From positions 22,506,001 to 22,570,000 of the forward strand of contig CM022673.1 in NCBI GenBank assembly GCA_012295275.1: a DNA stretch of 64,000 nt, given 5' to 3'. Within the stretch, counting starts at the first letter, position 1. Each line of letters begins with the position of its first letter. The translations under genes were made by a program, and so were the position numbers. Under the pieces are notes generated by a model. It was not told where the DNA came from. It searched no databases and saw nothing but the letters and a program-made list of their open reading frames with translations. Shown in pieces: positions 55,451 to 64,000 of this stretch. The stretch is from Chrysomallon squamiferum (taxonomy: Eukaryota > Animalia > Mollusca).

Positions 55451-56397
55451 ATTAAGATTTGGTCAGTTAAAAATCTTTAAGATGGTGAATAGATGATGTT
55501 CAAGATAAATCTGATTGTTGAGCTTCAGCGTTATTTATTGACATATAGACATAATGTATTTTTTAACATAAAATATGCTTTATCTGTAAATGAAATATAT
55601 TTAAATGAATAAAAATTCAGATGACAAAATAACAATTAGAAAATATGCTGAATTTATTTGTTTCTATAAGTGATTTATATTACAAAAATAACATAAGTAT
55701 GTTCAAATACAGTTAGGTTTCATTTATATTACTTCTGTAATTTTCAAGACATTTTAGATATACAAGAAAGCTGAATTACTAAATACATGGCTCTGTAAAT
55801 TGTTGTTATTAATATTATTATACCTTTATTTTATTTTAACTATATATTTATTTACTTACTTACTTACTTAAATTTATTTTTTCCTCAAATTTTAATTCTG
55901 TACATAATACAGAAAATGAGTAACTTGAGATGTCTCTATATCATAATTATTTTTAATTGTATTTATTTAATTTCTGATGCTAAAAAATATTTTTGAATAT
56001 AGCTGAAAAATAAATAAAAATGTAGGCAGTTCCTGCTAGCAGATGTGAAAAATAATGTATCTAAAACAGCTATGGTAGACTGAGTCATTTTGATCAGGTT
56101 TATTCAGATTTGAAATGAGGTTACTTAAGCAGGAAAATTGGGGGTCACATCTTGCCTAGATACATTCCAAAACTTATCGATTAGCTCAGTCGAAATTCAC
56201 AGAAAACTGGACTGCTACTATTACTGTCGGGCACTGTGCTGTGCACTTCTTGTATTAAGACAGAAGCTAGCTTTCCCGGAGGACTTGTTTTTAGGCATGA
56301 CAAGATACCTTTGTGTTGTGAGTTTGTCGGGGATAATTTCATGGTGAGCACCTACTCACCAGCTTGATAGATTAAATTTACTTACAGTCTGTGATAA

Positions 56398-56445
56398 ATG
56401 TCTAGGGTTGCCCCAGTGCCACCAATTTTGGAGATTATTGTTGAG
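56398..56445 (+). CDS. Candidate alternative first coding exon of the MRL gene: MSRVAPVPPILEIIVE
   Basis: ATG at 56398, then 16 codons and a phase-0 donor GAG|GTAGGA compatible with the phase-0 acceptor at 63173. It is preceded by a local CpG-retaining island (56170-56340) and a possible acceptor CTTACAG at 56381-56387. Confidence 0.4.
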
Positions 56446-59400
56446 GTAGGATGTTTTTTGAGATAATTTTATAAATAAGAAATCTTTCAACTTCACAGAC
56501 TTGAATTCAACATTGCATTGATATTTTGCTTTGAAGTAATGTTTAGTTCAAGATAATTTTAATAAGAGTTTAGACTTTCATGTATATATATATATACGTA
56601 TTTTATTTTTGTTTTCTGTAATTCTGGGAGTAATTATTTCTGCTGCATGTGTACTAATGTGTCTTCAGATACTTACGTTGTGAGTGATTACTAATGCAGG
56701 AAAATATATAAGACAATGTTCATATAAAACTGCATCTTTATTAGCATTTTTCATTGATACTTCATTCATTAAAAGCCTCACCATTGTTTTGACCATCATT
56801 TTACAGTTTTTAAATCATATATCTGATAGTTCTTAACGAATATTGTTAATATAATATTTTGTTTTTCAAAATAAGACATAATTAATAACTATTTCTTAGA
56901 TGGTCAAGGTTTTTGTATGAAGATCATCCTTTGCTTTTGGAATTAGTCTGAATAGTATTTTAACTAATCAGTTCTTTATTTAAAATTATTTATGTTGGAA
57001 ATAAAGGATCCTTAAATAATTCATATTTTATTTTAGACTCCATGCAAATAATGTAATATAATATTTTGATCATAAAGTACTGTTTTTGACTTGGAAAGAA
57101 ATATGATATTTATTAAATGTGTTTTCATGCATAGAGTTCATATATATGTGATGGGCATGTTTTACAGTTTTTTTGACATACCCATAACAGAAATAAAATT
57201 GCATTTTATACATTTTTAAAATCTTTATTTAGCAAGGATACCTTAATGTTGTTCTGATTCAGAAATTAGATTTGTTGATTTTTTGTTTTTTTAAAATGGC
57301 AATTAGTTAATGTACAAACATATAGATTAAATGTATTTATAATATATCAATATACCAATAAACTTTTTAATTCTGTTTATAAAGATATTGTGTAATTATT
57401 TAATTATTCAGACACCATAAGTTGAAAATTATAAAGTGTTGTTACACTACCATTAATAAAATTTCAGGCATATTTGCCTTGGGCATACCTTTAATCTTGA
57501 CTGAAACTCAATATAAAATGTAAAAAAATGTTAATGAACATAGTTTGAATCTATCAGTTGATACTTTATGAACAGAATGTGTTGTGCAGATAATTTTTGA
57601 TTTTACATGTTATTTCTATGTATATTTTGTTGTATTTGCATATTTATTTAGACAAAAAGAAATTCTTTTGTACAAAATAGATACTATCAGAATAACAGTT
57701 TAATTTAAAAGCTAACATGAACTTAACAGAATTATTTAATACAAAAAGTTTATGACTATATATAAATAGAAAGAGTAGTATTATGCTTACTGACTCTGAA
57801 CTCTCCACCCACACAAACAGTAAATCATCTTGGATTTAAAGTTAACATAGGTACAATTAAACTAATACTTCTACTGTTAATGACAAAGGACGTTGAATTT
57901 TATTTCTGTATTCTGTCTTGTGACCATTCTTTTATTATTTGTCTTTTTCTTCTTCTTTTACTAATTTTTATTTTTAAAGATTCTAGAGGTCTTTCTGATA
58001 ATAATATTTAAATAATATAAATGATTGTTAAATAATTAGCTTAGTGAAATAAATAACATACTATAAACACAACAATAAACATGTTTTATTAAACTACTAC
58101 CAGAAATAATTTTGACTAACTCGGTATATAATTATGTAAAACTGATTCAAATAATGTCTGTGTACTTTTGCATAAATATAAATTCAAATTCAAATTGCAA
58201 GCTTATACAAAATGTATGTATTTTTTATGATATTTAATAAGTAATTCTGATTCAGTATATCATTTTGATTTTGCTCATCCCATTCACAGTTAAAAAATTT
58301 GTTTATCCCTCAAAAGCAGCCAATTCCATCAAAAGACAGAACAAATTAATACAAATTTTTTGGAGAAAAACAAATATAATAAAATAACAGTTGAAGAGAA
58401 ATTTGAAACTTTCTTTCTAAGTAAGTTGTGAAAAAGATGATTTATACCAAATTATTTTAAGCCTTATTCTTTCCACCTCTTTATACTGAAAAAAAGGATA
58501 GGAAATGGAGGAAGAAAAAATAATAAGCAAGAGAAAAAAGAAGAAAGAATGAAGAAATATAGGACTTCAGTAGCATGGTTTGACTAAGTTGCCCAGTGGC
58601 TATCTATTTAACACTGTCTGGCTGTTTGTTTGATTTCTTCACTTTGACTAGGCTGCCTTTATTAACATCCAGTTTAATGTGGATGATGTGACAACTTTTA
58701 AAAGTTCTCTGGGGATAGCAAAATTCTTCCTTATTAATGGCTTCAAGCCACTGACTTAAACTACTGAAAGAACTATCTTCTAACATTTAGTTTTGTATTC
58801 CTGCATAATCAACAATGTTAATATTCTTTGTGAATCCTTGTGGTCTTCACCACAAGTTCAGAATTACTGCTAATTTTGTAGTTGTTCATTAATGCTATCT
58901 CATGCCTAAACTGGCTAAAGTGTTATTACTGCTGAACACTGAAATTTTAATTTTTTATAATCGAAAACATTTATTTCCCCATTTATAACTTATAAGCTGT
59001 GTTATGTAAATTTTTACAGAAGGCTACTAAAACCAGTCAAATATTACACATTTAAAATACATATAAATAGATTTTCTTTTATTACTTTTTTATTATCAAT
59101 GAAATTTTGATTAAAAACATGGTTAATGATATTATAATTTCTGTTCTTGTCACCAAATTTAAATGTCAGTATGTAAAATAGTTTTGAAGTTCTGGTATCA
59201 AATTGTAAAACTTTTTGTAATCTGTATTGCAATGTTATATTTGTCTTATTAATTTAATTTACTTACATTTTGGTCTGTCAAATAATAATTTACTAAGTTA
59301 ACAAAAATAACTAGGAAAATCAATTATGGCATGGCTGAAGTTTTTATTTGAAATGGTAAATGGATTATTATTTGGTCTTTACAAGCAAAATATATCTTTC

Positions 59401-59819
59401 AAATCAATTAGGTATGAAATAGAATTAGGCTATACAAAGAAATCAAACATTGTGCACTGAAGCTCTGTGAGGTATAAGTGCTGAGTATTGTGTTAAAAAA
59501 AACCTTGGTTGTCATACACATCATTTTGATGCACAGACAAATTAACTAACAAACACTTTATTACCTCAGAGACAGAATTAACTAAGAGATTCATGTTTTA
59601 TAGACCAACTTATCTTACAGAAAACTGGTACTAATATAAAATCAGTATTATTTTAGTATGTTTTCTGTAAACAAGTGTTAGCTAACATGGTATATTAATA
59701 CTATAGAAACCAAATGACCAAACATATAATATTGTATATACCATATTAACTAACAATATACAGTGAATTATACTGATATTATTCACAGCATAGCAACTTT
59801 CATAAACCAGTTTAGGTTA

Positions 59820-59896
59820 GACTTAGCTCATTATTTGACTGGTCATTTGATGTGCAGTCAGTCTAGTTTTATACCCATCATTGGTCACTGGGCTAA
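59820..59896 (+). mobile_element. Possible decayed tRNA-head SINE fragment
   Basis: A-box-like TAGCTCA, then TGATGTGCAGTCAGTCTAG (CpG-decayed pattern), B-box-like AGTTTTATACCC, and CACTGGGCTA. It resembles, from memory, a gastropod SINE head; unverified. Confidence 0.3.
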
Positions 59897-62800
59897 TCAT
59901 AATGTCACAAAGTTTTGATATATCACAAGTTTTGATAAATAAAGATTAATGGGGTGGGTGGAAAAGTACATCATGATGTGTTGGACAAAATTAGCATTTA
60001 TATATTCTGATGATTGTTTTACATTGCAGGGCATTTCAAATTTATAAAAAAAAAATCCAGTGTTTACATATTGTTTTACATGTATGTACTAAATCAGAAA
60101 TATCTTTAGAAACTGACTAATAGATGGATGAATGCTGTATAATATTATAGCACAATGACAGTAATCCTTCAAAAGATTATATAGTAGTGATTTAAGAATA
60201 AGTATTATAATATCTTTATAGAGCCAATATTTTATTTCCAGTTTACTGCACAATACTGTAATCAAAAACTTTGTCTGTAATTTATATTTTATGAACTGTT
60301 TTTTTCTTTGGTTTGTTTTATTTATTCTTGTGATTGGAGATAAGCTTTGTAATTGCTGCCCACTGAAAACATTTACACATTTTTGATCAATTGTTTGCTC
60401 TTGATATGTAGCAACATTGCATTTTGTTATTTCTTTATTATTATGTATGTTTCATATCTTTTATTTGATTTCTCAGACTGGTTTCTAGCTCTTATGAAAT
60501 AAAGTGTAATTTACCTCTTGTCACAACCACTGCTGTATGGAGAATTGCCAGAAGGGTTTGCCACAAACTTAGGGAAAAGTAATTATTTGTGTTCTGACTG
60601 AAGAGAATTAAACAGAAAAGGTCAGCCACAGCACAGACATCTTTCAAAACTTTTATTAATGGTTAAAGGATTTTAATATCTAATGCAAAATTTGAATATA
60701 TCATTTTCAACTATTTAACAAACTTATTATTTTTCTGACTTTGTCATAATATCTATTCATTTCTCTTTCTGTGCATTGTATGGGAATGTGAATCTATTAA
60801 TGCTCCATGAAATCTAAAATCATTAAGTACTTGTTGATTTTAAATTTTTTTTTTTTTTAGATTTCGCTTATTTTATTTATTGTTTGTTTGATTATCATAT
60901 TTGTTTGATTCATGGATACACTTTCAAACTGAGTTCCAAATTACCTTGTTGGATATTAAATTATCACTATAAAAAGGATTTCTTGGTTGTAATTATTCTA
61001 GTTTAATCATCTTGGATTTACATATTAATCTAAGGTTAGCTGAGGCCAGATAATAAGAACAGTTTGCTATGATCTGTTTCACTTCAGTACTCAAAACCAG
61101 ACAATCCCTGCTCCCAAACTTCATGATCTTGGAGAATCTTTTTAACTCTTTTTTATTGCATTCTCTTTGGAACATTATTTAAAAGTATTTTACTGTTCCA
61201 AGAAAATCAGACTACCAGTAACACACTATACATATACACATAGTTGTTTTTTTATAAATATAACATTCATGAACTTTGTAATATAACCATTTACAAAATG
61301 ATCTTTCTCAGGTTTGTTTATATATACATCAGTAGAACACTGATCATTGCTGATATACTGTGTTATTCAAGTAGTCTAGTATGGGTAGTGTAAGTTGTCT
61401 GGCATCAAAACAGTCTGCATTATTATCTAAGACAAATACCACAAGTAATTAAATTTAACTTAATTTAACAGTAGTTTCAAAAATTGGTATTATTCTCCAG
61501 TTATTTTTGAGTATTTGGTTTGATTAGTTTCTGAATTATATAAATTGTAATATGCACTTTAGAAAAGAATAGTTTTTATTTCATTCAAAAGAAGAAATAC
61601 ATGAAAACAGACATATATAGAGATCCATACTCTTCTTACCCAACCAGAATGTTAAATATTTTAGTTCTCTTTTTTGTTTTGTTTTTCTTACTTCCCATTA
61701 CCACTTTTCTCTTGTTTTCTTTCTATCTTTCTCTCCCTATTTCTCTCTTAGATCAGTTCTGCCTTTTGACTCGCACACAATTAAAGCATCTGGTTCTTAA
61801 AAACTGTCCTAGTGTCAAATCACAAATAATAAATCACATTGTTAAATATATCTGCTTTGATATTTCTGTCAGCTTAAAGTTTAATCAATAAATAATGTAT
61901 ACATTTTTACATTTTGTATTCTCCTTATGCAGTCCAAGTTTGTTCTAGTTTCAGTTCAGTGTAACGTAGACTTTATTTCCTTGAAACAGAAGATAAATGA
62001 CTTAAAGTATTATTCATTTCATTATTTCATTTAAATATTCTCAACAGTTTATGATAACTGCAATAGAACATAAAAGAAATATTTATTTATCAATTTGAAA
62101 AATCCAAATATTTAAAATCCAGTAATTTATCTTTTATTATTTGAAAAACTTTTGTTTTTCTAAATAGCTTTTTTTCTCTTTTTTTTTTTTTCTTTTACTG
62201 TAGAGTATTAAAACATGAAATATTTTTATTTATAGTGCAATTAACTATGAACGAGTTGCAGTGGTAGTTCTGAGCTTCCTTGCATATAATTATTTGGAAC
62301 AAATGGGTCTATCTTAAACAAAGACTACAGGTTATGTTTCAACACAATAGTTACGTTTCTCATTTCTCTGCCATATGACAATGTTGATCTAACTCATACG
62401 TCTAATCAGTGCATTTTCCTTTATTACTATTTTTTATTTTTATTTTTTCTAGAATATCCCAGGTATTTTTATATTGTGAGGAAGCTTTACCAGCAGGAAA
62501 GTTTATTTCATCAAAATCGACATGTAATTTTTATCATTATTTATAGTCTGTGTGGAAATGAAATGGCTTGTTAAAGATGTACTTGCATTTATGTTGCAGA
62601 AAATAGACAGAAGTTGAATTTCTCAGGATCTTTTTCTTAAAGGACTTTCATTTTTCTGTCAGCTTTTTTTTTTCTTTTTTTTTTTAACCACTGAAATTCA
62701 GCAAACAAAAGCAGTAACTTTTACCAGCATTGTCAAGATTAATAATCGTTTCTCCACACATTCCAGTTCTTTAAACATTAAATTTATCTTCTTAATAATA

Positions 62801-63086
62801 ACAGTAATGAATTTTTGACAGGTTTTTAAGTTATTGTATTCTTCTTCTTTTGTTTTTTTTGTTTGATTGTTATTAATGCACTATTTTTAAGTATATTTTA
62901 TTTATTTTAACCATTTGTGAAAAAGGAAGCTGCCATCAAATTATTTGCAGAGAATAACAGTATTGTTTATATCATTTTCAATTTTTTTTTACAAGCTTGT
63001 ATTTCTCATAGATTTTTGCAGTATTTTTAAGTTATTTTTATGTGATTGTGATTAAAAAAATATATTATTCTATATTATTGTTATTG

Positions 63087-63136
<50 letters not shown>

Positions 63137-63172
63137 TGAATATTTTAAAGTCACTTTAATGTATGTTCACAG

Positions 63173-63278
63173 GATGATGACTCTGATGGGACTGGCACAG
63201 TACGACGGCGCAACAAAACCATTGTAACACCAAAGATGGCAATGGAGAGTTTCCGATATTCATTCCTCAATTCAGATG
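63173..63278 (+). CDS. RAPH1: MRL-family adaptor internal coding exon: DDDSDGTGTVRRRNKTIVTPKMAMESFRYSFLNSD(G); the gene continues beyond the window
   Basis: Acceptor TTCACAG at 63166-63172, donor G|GTGAGT at 63279; 35 codons plus 1 nt. 'MESFRYSFLN' recalls RAPH1 'MANFSYRFSIYN' and the pico-type 'DSYRFSMAN' motif that precedes the DLDA talin-binding helix. The RA-PH domains are not in the window, so identity is inferred from N-terminal motifs only. Confidence 0.7.
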
Positions 63279-63701
63279 GTGAGTTTTTTCTATATTTTAT
63301 TTATATTAAGGTTAAGAACAAATACTAGTAACCTTAAATTTAGATTAAATGCTTAACAACAGCATTTTAATATTTTTCAGATGCTAAATGTTGGTACTGT
63401 AATTAAGTTGTGTGATATAGGACAGTTGATTTTATTTGCTATATTTAAAAAAACAATTGGTCTCAAATCAATTCAGCATGTTTTTCATGCTTTAAATCAT
63501 ATTAGTATGCAGTCCATTTTGCATTCTTCTGCCCGATAAAACATTTTTATATTTATTTTATTTGAACACTTGTTATTTCAAGCAACCAATTTTGTTCTGT
63601 AAATAAAGTCTATCAGTAGGATATGTCTGTACTAAATGAAGGTGGTGTGATAAAAACACAGAGAATAAAAGTAGACATTGCTACTACTCAATTTTTCTCA
63701 G

Positions 63702-63820
63702 TGTGTCGTCCCATCTGGTTGATTTCCCAGTTCGTCTAATTCCCATTTTGTTGAAAAAACTAATTCCCATTTTGTTTACTGCAATACCTGATTACCTCTG
63801 TATGTAATGAACATGGCCTA
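63702..63820 (+). mobile_element. Terminus of another copy or relative of the 47-kb MULE family
   Basis: Repeated (A/T)TTCCCA..T.GT terminal motifs, plus the block ACCTGATTACC....TATGTAATGAACATGGCCT shared with 42540-42573. Confidence 0.65.
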
Positions 63821-64000
63821 TACATACATCTGGTTTCTTTATTGTTGTTCTGCTGACATAAAGTGGCACTTGATTCTAACATTCAGAGCGGAGTGCATTC
63901 TTCCTAAATCGATTATGTAACATCAACCGAAAGCAGAATAAGTGTTTACTACTCATTTGTTGTAGAATTTTTATTTTTTCATTATTTCATCATCTTCCTC

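Overview
AT-rich, CpG-depleted animal genomic DNA. It looks invertebrate, and one SINE-like remnant hints at a gastropod mollusc (inference only). Two divergently transcribed, intron-containing genes can be read. (1) A complete secernin (peptidase C69/Ntn-hydrolase fold) on the minus strand has 5 coding exons at 2771-5866 and encodes 424 aa. (2) The 5' part of an MRL-family adaptor (RAPH1/lamellipodin, APBB1IP/RIAM, pico/MIG-10) lies on the plus strand. Its probable UTR exons are near 9.0-10.0 kb, its coding exons are at 38361-38469 and 63173-63278, and a candidate alternative first coding exon is at 56398-56445. Its very long introns and the region downstream of secernin hold decayed mobile DNA: a pogo-like element with a PHD-finger remnant, a Tigger-like element, an Academ-like element, several FLYWCH/Mutator-like elements, and a young 5'-truncated RNase H-bearing I-group LINE with a 12-bp TSD. 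The most unusual structures are four. The LINE has a composite 3' end (AATAAA plus poly(A), then a GC-rich multi-hairpin module ending in (TTCCTA)n). A ~1.4-kb inverted duplication carries half a MULE plus its host flank. A 145-bp TSD-flanked insert in the Academ ORF is copied 3.8 kb away. Short fold-back palindromes recur, some centred on (TA)n. No clearly novel protein-coding system was found. All family assignments are by motif recognition, without database searches.
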